Below, piece by piece: positions 10,131-20,007 of a DNA stretch of 64,000 nucleotides (positions are counted from its first letter, which is position 1; the number at the start of each line of letters is the position of its first letter). The stretch comes from Polyangiales bacterium. GTDB taxonomy: Bacteria > Myxococcota_A > Polyangia > Polyangiales > Polyangiaceae. The stretch is from contig JBBRLQ010000016.1 in assembly GCA_038231275.1 (NCBI GenBank), positions 146,749 through 210,748 on the forward strand, read 5' to 3'. A program made the position numbers and the translations under genes. The notes under the pieces were generated by a model that was not told where the DNA came from, searched no databases, and saw nothing but the letters and a program-made list of their open reading frames with translations.

Positions 10131-11174
10131 ATGGCTCGTCTTCGCATTGGAATTCTCGGCGCCACTGGCCTCGTCGGGCGCGAGACGATCGACCTCTGCC
10201 TCCGCGCGTGGCCCGACGCGGAGCTGCTTCTCTACGCCAGCCGAGACCAATCGACGAAGGTCGCCGGCAAGGAGCACCCCGTCCACGCCGCCACGCGCCT
10301 CGAGGCAGAGGACGCTCCGCGAGGCGATCTCGCCTTCGTCGCGCTCGACGACGACCACAGCAAACGCTACGTCCCGCGCCTCCTCACGCTCGGCTACCGC
10401 GTCGTCGACAAGAGCAACACGTACCGCGCGGATCCGAACGTGCCGCTCGTCGCCGCCGGCGTGAACGACGATCTCGTCGACGACAAGGTCCACCTCGTCG
10501 CGAATCCCAACTGCACGACCATCCCGCTGGCGCTCGCGACCGCGCCGCTCCAACGCCGCTTCGGCCTCACCGCCGCGACCGTGAGCACCTACCAAGCCGT
10601 CAGCGGCGCCGGCGTCGCCACGCTCGATCAGTTCCTCGCCGAATCGCAGAAAGGGTACGCCGAGCCCGATCGGCTCGGCCTCCGCTTCGATCCTGCGCGC
10701 TACGCTGGCAACACGGTCCCCCACAACGGCGGCACCGACGACAGCGGATTCTCGTCGGAGGAGCGCAAGCTCGTCTTCGAGAGCCGCAAGATCTTGCGCC
10801 TCCCCGAGCTCGCGATCTCGGCGCAGTGCTGCCGCGTGCCGGTGGCCGTCGGGCACTACGAGAACGTGTGGCTCACGCTCGGGGAGAAGGCCCCGCTCGA
10901 AGAGATCGCGCGCACGCTCGCCGACGCGCGCGAGGCCCCGTTCGTGAAGCTCCTCGGCGGCGCCGCGGGCGAAGGACTCAGCTCCGTCGCCTGCGTGCAC
11001 GATCGCGATCGCACGCTCGTCGGTCGCGTGCGCCTCGACCCGCGCGACGTGTCGGGCAAGAGCCTGTGCCTCACGGTCGTCGCGGACAACCTCCGCCTCG
11101 GGGCGGCCACCAACGCCGTTCGCATCGCGAGTCGTTGGCACAGGGCGGCCGACGCGGACCTGCGCCGAGGCTGA
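10131..11174 (+). CDS. asd: aspartate-semialdehyde dehydrogenase
   Basis: GATGLVG, ANPNCTT (catalytic Cys), STYQAVSGAG, RVPV..GH, DNLRLGAATNAV. Confidence 0.9.
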   Translation: MARLRIGILGATGLVGRETIDLCLRAWPDAELLLYASRDQSTKVAGKEHPVHAATRLEAEDAPRGDLAFVALDDDHSKRYVPRLLTLGYRVVDKSNTYRADPNVPLVAAGVNDDLVDDKVHLVANPNCTTIPLALATAPLQRRFGLTAATVSTYQAVSGAGVATLDQFLAESQKGYAEPDRLGLRFDPARYAGNTVPHNGGTDDSGFSSEERKLVFESRKILRLPELAISAQCCRVPVAVGHYENVWLTLGEKAPLEEIARTLADAREAPFVKLLGGAAGEGLSSVACVHDRDRTLVGRVRLDPRDVSGKSLCLTVVADNLRLGAATNAVRIASRWHRAADADLRRG

Positions 11175-11301
11175 GTCCGCGCGGATCCATAGGCGACGGC
11201 GCCGCGACTCGGGTCGCGAAGGGCTGCGATCTCGCGAGAGGCCGGCGCGGCGAAAAGAGGGCCACCTCGCGAATCCCCGCGAATTCCGCGGTGGCACGCG
11301 C

Positions 11302-11317
11302 TGGTGCGGTGCTTGCT
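11302..11317 (+). promoter_or_regulatory. sigma54-type promoter (AraC gene)
   Basis: TGGTGCGGTGCTTGCT with correct spacing. Confidence 0.45.
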
Positions 11318-11333
11318 CTAGGAGGGCTCCGGC

Positions 11334-12341
11334 ATGAATGGAAGCCTCTCGATCCTGGTCATCCGGGCGTTGCATACCGCGCTGTCGCGCGACGGTGAGA
11401 GCGGCGACGAGCTCTTGCGTGCGCTCGACATCCCGCGCGAGCTGCTCGAACGAGGAGACGCGCGCCTCCCCGCCGCGGTCGTCTTCCGCGCCATCGAGCG
11501 TGCCGGCGCGCTGAGCGGCGATCCGTGCTTCTCGCTCCGCGCGGCCAGTGCGATCCCTCTCGGGACCATCGACGTCCTCGACTTCGCGATGCGCAGCTCC
11601 GCCACGATGCGTGAAGCGCTAGAGCGCGCGGTCCGCTACTTCGCGCTGATCGACGATTGCAGCGAGCTGCGCCTCGACGAGTCGGACGGCGTCGCGCGCC
11701 TCTCCGTCTCGCGGCGCATCACGACGTCGCCGCGCGTCGCCACCGAGCTCCTCTTCGCGGTCCTCCTCTCGCGCGGCCGCCTCCTCACCGGCGCGCCGTG
11801 GCCGCTCCGCGAAGTGCATTTCCTCGCCGGCCCTCCCGACGACGCCGCGCCCCACCGCCGGTTCTTCGACGCGCCGGTCGTCTTCGCCAGCGTGCGCAAC
11901 GAGCTCGTCTTCGACGCGGCTTGGCTCGACACGCGCTGCGCCGAGGTCGACGCCGAGCTCTCCGCGTTCTTCGAGCGCCACGCCGAGGCGCTCCTCGCGC
12001 AGGTACACCAGCGCACCGAGCTCTTGGATCGCGTGCGCGCCGCCATCGCGGAACCCGCCGCCGGCGCGGATCCGTCGCTGGAGATCACCGCGCGGCGCAT
12101 CTCGCTGAGCCCGCGCACCTTGCAGCGCCGCCTCGAAGCGGGCGGCACGTCGTACAAAGCGCTCGTCGAAGAAGTCCGCCGCGCCCGCGCCTTGGCGCTC
12201 CTCGCCGACCCGCGCGTCGGGATCGCGGAGATCGGCGCGACCGTCGGCTACGGCGACGCGCGCGCGTTCTACCGCGCGTTCCGGCGGTGGACCGGCTCGA
12301 CGCCCGCGAAGGTGCGATGCGAGATGGTCCAGCGCGCCTGA
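11334..12341 (+). CDS. AraC-family transcriptional regulator (OruR-like)
   Basis: N-terminal ligand domain; C-terminal LSPRTLQRRL...GYGD..AFYRAFRRWTG.TP HTH. Confidence 0.9.
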   Translation: MNGSLSILVIRALHTALSRDGESGDELLRALDIPRELLERGDARLPAAVVFRAIERAGALSGDPCFSLRAASAIPLGTIDVLDFAMRSSATMREALERAVRYFALIDDCSELRLDESDGVARLSVSRRITTSPRVATELLFAVLLSRGRLLTGAPWPLREVHFLAGPPDDAAPHRRFFDAPVVFASVRNELVFDAAWLDTRCAEVDAELSAFFERHAEALLAQVHQRTELLDRVRAAIAEPAAGADPSLEITARRISLSPRTLQRRLEAGGTSYKALVEEVRRARALALLADPRVGIAEIGATVGYGDARAFYRAFRRWTGSTPAKVRCEMVQRA

Positions 12342-12369
12342 ACGCCCCGGCTGAGGGACGACGGGCCGA

Positions 12370-13833
12370 TTACTGACAGACGATCGTGGTTCCCGGGCCG
12401 TTCGGACCGACGCATTTCTTCGGCGCGACGCAGTACTGGCCGCTCGCGATGCTGCCATTTTTGCACTCGAACGCGCCGGGGTTGATGGGGCTGCAGTAAA
12501 GCCCGTCCGCTTTGCCGACGCACGTGTCGCTGCCCGTCGGCGCAGAGGCAACGGTCCCCTTCTTGATCGCCGCGGCGGCGACCCATCCGAAGCGTCCGGC
12601 CATCTCGCCGTACACGAAATACATCTTGCCGACGACCTTCGTACCGGCGTGCGTCGCGTCCTTCGTTTCGTAGAGCGCGATGCGGAGGATCGTGCGGTGG
12701 CTCGCGCTGGTGGACTTGAGCCGCTTGAACGCGAGGGCGCCGGCCGAGACGACGAACGTGTCGGTGGCGGCGCCGCCGACGAGCGGAGTCTGGTACGCGA
12801 GGTTCAGGACGTTGCCGTCGCGGAGCATGTAGTCGCGCGCCTTCTCGCTGACGTCGGGTCCGCTCTTGGGGCGAATCTTGAGCTGCGCCCACGCGGGCAG
12901 GCAGGTGGTCGACACGTAGGACGCAGGCGCGCAGCCGTAGTCTTCGGCGGACTTGACGACGTACGACGTGGCCGCGAAGGACGAGCCCGCGCGCGGGGGA
13001 AGATCGTAGCGCTTGAACGCCGGGTCGGTGATGCCGGCCGCGGCGACCCACCCGCTCGCCGAGTGTCCGCCCGCGTCGACCGAGAACGCGTACACGTACT
13101 GCTTCTCGGTGGCGCTCCCCGCGACGGTCATCTTCTTCAGCTGCCCGAAGTTGATCTTCACGCACGGGTGTCCGAGGTTCGTCGGCGCCATCGCATCGGA
13201 GTAGCAGCCTCCCTCCACCACCCCGCGCGCGGTGCCGGAGCCGTCGTAGAGCTGCTCGCCGGCGGCGAGATCCCAGCGACCGAGCTTCTCGATGATGGCG
13301 TTGCGCGCCGTCCCGTGCACGCCGCGCAGCGCACGAATGGCGCGGGGCGGGAGGTAGCGGTTGCGCCCCGGTTGGTTGTTCGCGAATTGGCAGTTGTAGG
13401 CGGAGCCGCGGCAGGTGCAGCTCGCGTTGAGCGGGTTCTTCGGGCACGAGAACTGAGCGGACCACCACGTCGGGTCCGTGAGGATCCCGACCGACGACGA
13501 CTCCGACGCGAGAAGACCGGTCATCGGCGGATCCGGCAGGATTTCCGGCAGATCGTCGGGGGTCTCCGCGGTGTCGAGGAGATCGCCGTCGGGCGCGGCG
13601 TCGCTGGCCTGCGGCCAATCGGTGGCGAGGAGCTCCTCCTCACTCGCGGCCTCGTCGGCGACGAGCTCGTCATCGCCCACGTCGAGCGCGGCGAGATCGG
13701 CGTCGGCGCTCGACCCTCCACCGGAGCCGACCGGCACAGTGGGCGCGGTCTCCCCCGACGAACAGCCGGCGGCGAGGGCGATGAAGACGAGAGAGGGAAC
13801 CGGGAGGCGGCGGATCGTGCGCGATGTGCTCAC
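12370..13833 (-). CDS. hypothetical Cys-containing lipoprotein
   Basis: Lipobox AAGC, acidic linker, host-like codon usage. GTG start at 13833 is preceded by TATGCT-N6. Confidence 0.75.
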   Translation of the reverse strand: MSTSRTIRRLPVPSLVFIALAAGCSSGETAPTVPVGSGGGSSADADLAALDVGDDELVADEAASEEELLATDWPQASDAAPDGDLLDTAETPDDLPEILPDPPMTGLLASESSSVGILTDPTWWSAQFSCPKNPLNASCTCRGSAYNCQFANNQPGRNRYLPPRAIRALRGVHGTARNAIIEKLGRWDLAAGEQLYDGSGTARGVVEGGCYSDAMAPTNLGHPCVKINFGQLKKMTVAGSATEKQYVYAFSVDAGGHSASGWVAAAGITDPAFKRYDLPPRAGSSFAATSYVVKSAEDYGCAPASYVSTTCLPAWAQLKIRPKSGPDVSEKARDYMLRDGNVLNLAYQTPLVGGAATDTFVVSAGALAFKRLKSTSASHRTILRIALYETKDATHAGTKVVGKMYFVYGEMAGRFGWVAAAAIKKGTVASAPTGSDTCVGKADGLYCSPINPGAFECKNGSIASGQYCVAPKKCVGPNGPGTTIVCQ

Positions 13834-13946
13834 TTCATGAGCATAGCGGGCCACCAAGCGTCAGCCATGGGCCAGTGGCGCCGATCTCATGGCGCCCGAA
13901 GCCGCACGGTCTTCAGGATCCGCGCGAAGCTCCGCGCCGAGGCTCG

Positions 13947-14537
13947 TCAGAGCGGGCACTCCGCGCGGAGCTCCCCGCCAAGGAGCACGAAGAGATGCTC
14001 GCCGGCCACGAAGAGCGGCTCCTTGGAGCGGAGCACGCGCGACAAGAGGAGGCCTCCCTCGACGCTCGCGAGGACCAGCGTAGCAAGCTCCCCGGCGCGC
14101 TTTCGCTTCACGCCGTTCGCCACGAACTGGTCGCGCAGGAGGCCGCACCACCGCTCGAACGCCTTGCGGCTCGCCGCGGTGATGGCCGCCGACTCCGGCG
14201 TCGACTCGAGCGCGACCGTCGCGACGGGACATCCCTCGATGTAGTCGCTCTCGGCCAGACGCTCCGCGCTCGTGCGGCACCACGCGCGCACCGCCCCCGG
14301 CAGGCTGCGCGTCTCGACGAGCAGCTCGCGCATCTGCGCGACGACGACGTCGGAGCCGAGATCGATCGCGGCGACCCCGAGCTGCTCCTTTCCACCAGGA
14401 AAGTGGTGGTACGCAGAGCCCCACGGCGTGCCCGCCGCCTCCACGAGCGTGCGCCACGACGTCGCGTGGTATCCCTGCCGGCGGAAGAGGTGCACCGCCG
14501 TCTCGATCATGCGCTGGCGCGTCGACGCTTCGGGCAT
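13947..14537 (-). CDS. TetR-family regulator (LmrA/YxaF type)
   Basis: LFRRQGYHAT...GSAYHHFPGGKEQL HTH and GCPVATVALE. An alternative start at 14609 overlaps the upstream stop (ATGA). Confidence 0.9.
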   Translation of the reverse strand: MPEASTRQRMIETAVHLFRRQGYHATSWRTLVEAAGTPWGSAYHHFPGGKEQLGVAAIDLGSDVVVAQMRELLVETRSLPGAVRAWCRTSAERLAESDYIEGCPVATVALESTPESAAITAASRKAFERWCGLLRDQFVANGVKRKRAGELATLVLASVEGGLLLSRVLRSKEPLFVAGEHLFVLLGGELRAECPL

Positions 14538-14605
14538 GCCGCTCAGCGTAGCATCGGGCGCGCGGGCTTCGCCGGTCGGCGGGATGTCTTGGCCTTCGCG
14601 GCTGC

Positions 14606-15187
14606 TCATGGAGCCGGCGTGAAGACGAAGTCGCGCCCCCCGGTCGACGGCGTGTGGTCGGCGTCCGCGCCCGCCGTACCGTGACAGGCGACGCACACCG
14701 TGCGCGCGAGACCGCCGGCGCCGAGCCCGTCGGCGACCACACCGGCGCCGTCGTGCGGGAGCTTCGTCTGTCCGCCGACGCGCGCGTACCAGTACCAGCC
14801 GTCCCCGCCGGCGCGATCGGCGTCGCTCTTGACGGTGACCGCGTAGCCAGCGGGCTCACGGTCCGTCGCGCGGAGGTAAAGCTCCTCTACCGCCGCCGCG
14901 CCCACGGGCCACGGCGCCTCGCTGCCCGCCGCAGCCGACAACACGTCATTCGCGCAGACGCGACCGAGGCCATGCGGCGACGGCGATCGCGCGCCGTGAA
15001 TCGCGGCCTCGCAGCGCCAGGTCTTGTACGCGCCGTCCGCGAGCCACGCTTCGATCGCCGCTCCGCCCGGTGGCGGGGTCTGCGCTGTGCCAGTCGCGGG
15101 CGCAGGTCCAGCCGCCGGATCGGCGGCGCTGCACGCTGCAACGAAAAAAAGCGCGCCGAAAGACGCGAGGGTGCGGGGGGAGATCAT
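14606..15187 (-). CDS. c-type cytochrome lipoprotein, cytochrome P460/c'-beta-like
   Basis: Lipobox VAAC; YKTW, SPH, WPVGAAAVEELY, GWYWY; C-terminal CVACH heme motif. Confidence 0.65.
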   Translation of the reverse strand: MISPRTLASFGALFFVAACSAADPAAGPAPATGTAQTPPPGGAAIEAWLADGAYKTWRCEAAIHGARSPSPHGLGRVCANDVLSAAAGSEAPWPVGAAAVEELYLRATDREPAGYAVTVKSDADRAGGDGWYWYARVGGQTKLPHDGAGVVADGLGAGGLARTVCVACHGTAGADADHTPSTGGRDFVFTPAP

Positions 15188-15204
15188 GGGTCCAGCCTCC
15201 TTGG

Positions 15205-15292
15205 TAAGACGATCGTCCTACCCCCACTACGTAATAGGACGATCGTCCTCGTCAAGCCCTCGCGGGCCATCGAAAGTAGGACAAGCGTCTTA
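15205..15292. promoter_or_regulatory. three TetR-type palindromic operators
   Basis: TAAGACGATCGTCCTA (15205-15220), TAGGACGATCGTCCTC (15235-15250), TAGGACAAGCGTCTTA (15277-15292); minus-strand TTGACG adjoins site 2. Confidence 0.75.
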
Positions 15293-15331
15293 ACGCGGGG
15301 TTGCGAGGCGAGAAGAGGCGCGCGAAGGCTT

Positions 15332-15775
15332 CTAGACGACCGGAGGCGGGCTCTCGGAGCGCCGAAGCCAGCGCATGCTGGGGCGCGGGGGCCGGTGAGG
15401 ATCGAGGAGCGCCGTCGCGTACTTCTGGAGCTGCTGTCGCGTGAACGGCTTGCGCAGGAAGGCGTTGGCGCCGGCGTCCTCGGCGTAGGCGATCGCCGCG
15501 GGCGACGCTTGATCGCTCATGATGAGGATCTGCACGGAGAGCAGGGAGTCGTCCCCGCGAATCAGCTCGCAGATGTCGTAGCCGGAGTTGCGGGGCAGGT
15601 TGAGGCTGACGATGGCGAGGTGCGGCGGCCGCTCAACGACGCTCTCGAGCACGTCCTCGAAGCGGACGACGACCGAGACGTCGCAGTCGATCTGACGGAG
15701 GGCCTCGACGAGGGAATCGACGATGCGCGGATCGTCCTCGACGAGGAGCACGCGCTTCTTGGTGTGGGTCGACAT
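15332..15775 (-). CDS. single-domain response regulator (atypical receiver)
   Basis: VLLVEDD...AGANAFLRKPF; the phospho-acceptor region reads IVSLNLP, with Ser where Asp is expected. Confidence 0.8.
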   Translation of the reverse strand: MSTHTKKRVLLVEDDPRIVDSLVEALRQIDCDVSVVVRFEDVLESVVERPPHLAIVSLNLPRNSGYDICELIRGDDSLLSVQILIMSDQASPAAIAYAEDAGANAFLRKPFTRQQLQKYATALLDPHRPPRPSMRWLRRSESPPPVV

Positions 15776-15781
15776 GCCCTC

Positions 15782-17140
15782 TCAGCTCGCCCCGCGCCCT
15801 GTCAGGACGACGGGCACGGTCTTCAGGATCAGCTTGAAGTCTTCCTTGAGGCTCCAGTGATCGATGTACTGCATGTCGAGGTACATCCAGCGCTCGAAGG
15901 AGATCTCGCTGCGGCCACTCACCTGCCACACGCACGTGAGGCCGGGGCGGACCGAGAGCCTCCGTCGCTGCCACGCCTCGTAGCGCGCCACTTCGGTAGG
16001 GACCGGCGGCCGGGGGCCGACGACGGACATCTCGCCGCGGAGCACGTTGACGAGCTGCGGGAGCTCGTCGATCGAAAATTTGCGGATGAAGCGGCCGATG
16101 CGCGTGACGCGCGGATCGCGCTTCATCTTGAAGACCGGGCCGCTCTGCTCGTTCGACGCCGCGAGCTTCGCCTTGAGCGCCTCGGCGTTCACGACCATCG
16201 ATCGGAACTTGAGCATGAAGAACGGCCGTCCGTGCTGGCCGACGCGCTCTTGCTTGAAGAGAACGGGGCCCTTCGACGTGATCTTGATGAGCGCTGCGAC
16301 AGCGAGGAGCAGCGGCGCGAGGGCGGCGAGCGCGAAGCCCGATGCGACGATGTCGAAGAGACGCTTCACGCGCATCTGCATCGGGTGCCGCTCGTAGCTC
16401 AAGAAATGGATGTACCCGTCGGCGAGGGCGCTCTTGTCCGCGGGGCGCGCGCGGTCGAGGCGATACGGGGTCGCCGGCAACGCGAACGGGACGCCGAAAC
16501 GCTCGCAGACGCGGATCGCCGATTGCATCGCCTCGCCATCTGCGTTCGACGTTCCCGCGAGGTAAACCTCGCTGACGTGGCGCTCGCAGAGGACACGCTC
16601 GAGGTCGGCGCTCTGGCCAAGGAGCGACGCCGGCAAGCGATCGCACGGGGCGTCGGCCGGTAGCGACAGGTAGCCGGCCAGGGTGCGCGCGCTCTCGGCA
16701 ATGGATATGCCGGTGTGGCGGCCCAGGGTGCCGCTCCCAACCACGAGGACGTCATCGTGCTCCGCCTCGGCGACGGCGCGCGCGCCGGGGAGCATGAACC
16801 GAATCCAGAGCGTGGCCGGCCAGACCACGAGGACGTAACGGAGGACGTTCGGCGAAGGCGCGACGAATGCGACCGCGCCAACAGCGACGGCGCTGGCGAT
16901 CACGAGCAGCGTGGTCAAGGCGAGGTCTCCCGCGAGCCCTTGCTGGGCGCGGCGCGCGTCGTAGTGACGAAGGACGCGGCTTCCAAACAGCCAAATCAAG
17001 AGGGCGAGCCCGGTGGTAAGTGCGGTTGCCGCCCACGGACGCCCGATCGTGGCGACGAGCACGCCGGCAGAGACCGTGAACCCGTCCGCGCCCAGGTTGA
17101 TGCGCGACGTCCGGGTGTTGGCAGCGAGGCGTGAGAGCAT
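15782..17140 (-). CDS. polyprenyl glycosylphosphotransferase (WcaJ/EpsZ-like priming sugar transferase)
   Basis: KRLFD, GPVLFKQERVG, KFRSM, DPRVT, DELPQL.NVL.GEMS.VGPRP, PGLTC.WQV. Confidence 0.92.
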   Translation of the reverse strand: MLSRLAANTRTSRINLGADGFTVSAGVLVATIGRPWAATALTTGLALLIWLFGSRVLRHYDARRAQQGLAGDLALTTLLVIASAVAVGAVAFVAPSPNVLRYVLVVWPATLWIRFMLPGARAVAEAEHDDVLVVGSGTLGRHTGISIAESARTLAGYLSLPADAPCDRLPASLLGQSADLERVLCERHVSEVYLAGTSNADGEAMQSAIRVCERFGVPFALPATPYRLDRARPADKSALADGYIHFLSYERHPMQMRVKRLFDIVASGFALAALAPLLLAVAALIKITSKGPVLFKQERVGQHGRPFFMLKFRSMVVNAEALKAKLAASNEQSGPVFKMKRDPRVTRIGRFIRKFSIDELPQLVNVLRGEMSVVGPRPPVPTEVARYEAWQRRRLSVRPGLTCVWQVSGRSEISFERWMYLDMQYIDHWSLKEDFKLILKTVPVVLTGRGAS

Positions 17141-17152
17141 GCTGCACCAAGT

Positions 17153-17168
17153 AGCAAAAACACCGCCA
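17153..17168 (-). promoter_or_regulatory. sigma54 promoter (sugar transferase)
   Basis: TGGCGGTGTTTTTGCT; the -12 lies 14 nt from the ATG. Confidence 0.6.
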
Positions 17169-17331
17169 GCTCCGCGATGTGCAACTCCCCGCGCAATCCG
17201 GCCTCATTCCGTGGTGCGGCGTGCAGAAGTGCACTCCATGTGCGACCGATGCGCAGCCTGCGCATCGCGCCCGTCCACATTCTGTGGATGCAGGCACCAC
17301 ATGCACGCCGCGGCGCGGGATTCGCCCAGCG

Positions 17332-19749
17332 TTACTCTGCCGCGCGGTCCGAGTTCGCCGCGAGGACCTCCGCGACGATCGCCTGGAGGGCCTCGGGACG
17401 GAACGGTTTGTCCAGGACCGGATTTTTCACGACGCGGACGAACTCGCGCGCCTCCGCCGTGACCGCACCGCCCGAGACGAAGACCATCTTTTTCGCCTCC
17501 TCGGGCGACGTCGCGGTCAGCTTGGCGTGGATTTCCATTCCGGAGAGGCCTGGCATTTGGAGATCGCACAGAATGACGTCGAACGCAGGTCCACGCGCTA
17601 TCCAGTCGAGCGCCTCGGCGCCGTCGGCGGTCACCTCGACCTCGTGCTCGGGTTCGAGCAGCCAGCGCACGCTGCGCGCGAAGCGGATCTCGTCGTCGAC
17701 CACGAGCACGCGACCGCGCTGTGTCGGCACCGCCGGACCGAACGATGCAGGCACCGGCGACGGTGTCGTGACCACCTCGCCCGTCGCCGCCGGCAAGAGG
17801 ACGCGCACCGTGGTGCCCTTCCCTTCCGTGCTGTCGACCATGATTTCCCCCCCGCTGGCGCTGACGATCTGATGGCAGATGGATAGACCGAGACCCGTCC
17901 CGCCTCCGGGCCCCTTCGTCGTGAAGAAAGGCTCGAAGATGCGCGGGAGGACCGCCGAGGGAATTCCGCCGCCGGTGTCCTCCACCTCGACGAGGGCGCG
18001 TCCGTCCGGCGCGGTGCCGGTGCGCACGCGGAGGACGTTCTCGCCCGGCGCCGCCGACATCGACTGCATCGCGTTGACGACGAGGTTCAAGAGGACCTGT
18101 CCCATTCGTCCTTCGCTCGCGTAGACGGGCGGCGACGCCCCGAGGTCGGTGACCAGCTTGGCACGCCGCCCGATGTCCCCCGACGCCATGTTGAGCGCGA
18201 CGGTCATCACCTTTGCGAGGTCCACGAGCGAGCGCTCGCCGTCTCCATCACGAGAGAGCGTCTTCAGATCGCGCACGATCGTCCGAATCCGCGCGGCCCC
18301 CTCCAGCGAGTCGCGCACCGACTGCTGGAGCGCGTCGAGGTCCGCCGTGCCTTCAGGGAGGACCAGGGCTGCCAACCTGCGCGAGAGCCCCTCGAGGTTG
18401 GCGATGATGAAGGCCAGCGGCGTGTTGATCTCGTGTCCTACGCCGGCGGCGAGCGTCCCTACCGTCGCCATGCGCTCGGCGAGGGCAAGCTTGGTCCGGA
18501 TCCGATTGCGCTCGGTGACGTCGCGGCACGTCACGACCATGTGCTCGGGCGCGTCGCCGTCTTCCTGCACGGGCGAGACGTGGACGTCGATCTCCACCTC
18601 GGCGCCGTCCCGACGGAGAATGACCATCTCGCCCTGGAACGGCTGGGCGGCGACGAGCGCCTCCTCGATCCGTGGCCACTCGTGCGTGGCCGATGGTCCT
18701 CGACCGAGGAGCAGCGCCGGCGTCTTGTCGAGCATCTCTGCCTCGTCGTATCCCGTGAGGCGCGAGACCGCGTCGTTGGTGAAGAGAATGCGTGGACCCG
18801 CGGGCGGCCGCTCGAGATCGGTGATGAGCACCGCCTCGCCGGAGGCGCGAACCGCGGCGGCGAGCAGCGCGACCTGCCCCGTCGCTTCCGCGCGCTCGGC
18901 CGTCGCCGCCGCGAGGAGCAGCACGGTCAAGTAGACGGTGCTCATGAAGAGCTGCAAGAGGAGCACGTCGTCCACGCGCTTCCCGAGCGCGAAGGGGCCG
19001 TAGCCAAGCGACGTCGTGACGATCGCCACCACCGACGTGGCCGCGGCGGCGATCGCTGCGCCGCGAGGCCCGAAGCGGAGCGCCGCCCACATCGCGCACG
19101 GAAAGACGAGGAACGCGGGCGAATGCGTCGCCGAGCCCAGCGCGGGACGACCGCTGAAGACGATCGCACACGTCAGCGCGAAGAGCACCGCGACCGCGAC
19201 GGCCTCGAGGTGCGGACGCTGGAGCGCGCGCGGCGAGCGTGCCCTCAACGTGAAGACCACCGGCGCAATCATCATCATCCCCATGGCGTCGCCGACGCAC
19301 CACACCGCGGCGGAGCCAGGCGCGGCAGCCCAGCGCAAACGCCCCCAGGCCGCGAGGAGCCCGACGCCCATCATCGCCCCGAGCGCCGACGTGACGACCG
19401 CGCTGCCGACGAACGCGAGCACGTCACGCACGCGCGCGAGGCGGCGGTCCACGGCGAGGCGACGGAGAAGCCAGGCGCCGGTGAGCGCCTCGATCGTTCC
19501 GGCCGTCGCGAGAAGCGACGAGAGCGGCGTATGGAGGCCGCCGAGGCGCGCGGTCATGAAGCTCCCCAGCCAGACGCCCGGCGCGTAACGTGGACCGGCA
19601 AGCGTGAGCACCACCAACGTCAGGCCCGCGGGCGGCCACATCGGGCTGACCCGCGCGTTGCCCACCGGGACGAGCTGCCCAGCCTTCGCGGCCAGGACGA
19701 ACGCCAGCGCGAGCGCGAGTAAACGCAAGATGTAGGCAGCGATCTTCAT
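17332..19749 (-). CDS. hybrid sensor histidine kinase (MASE1-PAS-HisKA-HATPase-REC)
   Basis: WPPAG and P..MWAALRFG (MASE1), [12 protein letters not shown]-box, N/G/F boxes, C-terminal receiver. Confidence 0.92.
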   Translation of the reverse strand: MKIAAYILRLLALALAFVLAAKAGQLVPVGNARVSPMWPPAGLTLVVLTLAGPRYAPGVWLGSFMTARLGGLHTPLSSLLATAGTIEALTGAWLLRRLAVDRRLARVRDVLAFVGSAVVTSALGAMMGVGLLAAWGRLRWAAAPGSAAVWCVGDAMGMMMIAPVVFTLRARSPRALQRPHLEAVAVAVLFALTCAIVFSGRPALGSATHSPAFLVFPCAMWAALRFGPRGAAIAAAATSVVAIVTTSLGYGPFALGKRVDDVLLLQLFMSTVYLTVLLLAAATAERAEATGQVALLAAAVRASGEAVLITDLERPPAGPRILFTNDAVSRLTGYDEAEMLDKTPALLLGRGPSATHEWPRIEEALVAAQPFQGEMVILRRDGAEVEIDVHVSPVQEDGDAPEHMVVTCRDVTERNRIRTKLALAERMATVGTLAAGVGHEINTPLAFIIANLEGLSRRLAALVLPEGTADLDALQQSVRDSLEGAARIRTIVRDLKTLSRDGDGERSLVDLAKVMTVALNMASGDIGRRAKLVTDLGASPPVYASEGRMGQVLLNLVVNAMQSMSAAPGENVLRVRTGTAPDGRALVEVEDTGGGIPSAVLPRIFEPFFTTKGPGGGTGLGLSICHQIVSASGGEIMVDSTEGKGTTVRVLLPAATGEVVTTPSPVPASFGPAVPTQRGRVLVVDDEIRFARSVRWLLEPEHEVEVTADGAEALDWIARGPAFDVILCDLQMPGLSGMEIHAKLTATSPEEAKKMVFVSGGAVTAEAREFVRVVKNPVLDKPFRPEALQAIVAEVLAANSDRAAE

Positions 19750-19949
19750 GCGACAGGCAGGGCTTTGGCTTCGCGGACGGGCGTCTGCAGCGTCGTCTCA
19801 TTCCCCCAAGAATCGTAGACGTTTCTAAGCCAGACGGCCGCCGCGCGCCACCCCCAAGCGGTTACCGCGACGTGACGATGGTCCCGTTCGGTAACGCGGA
19901 GACCCCGCGCGATTCAGCGACACGCCTTGTCCCGCCGACGTTCCGTCGC

Positions 19950-19965
19950 TGGCACCGGCCTTGCG
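19950..19965 (+). promoter_or_regulatory. sigma54 promoter (czcCBA-like operon)
   Basis: TGGCACCGGCCTTGCG, close to consensus. Confidence 0.65.
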
Positions 19966-20007
19966 ACAGAGCCCCGCGCTCTGACTGGTCGACGCTCCTC
20001 CTGCCCG

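Noticed and set aside
10131..11174. asd as part of a secondary-metabolite cluster with snoaL and AraC
   Set aside because: No PKS, NRPS or tailoring genes nearby; catalytic motifs are ordinary.
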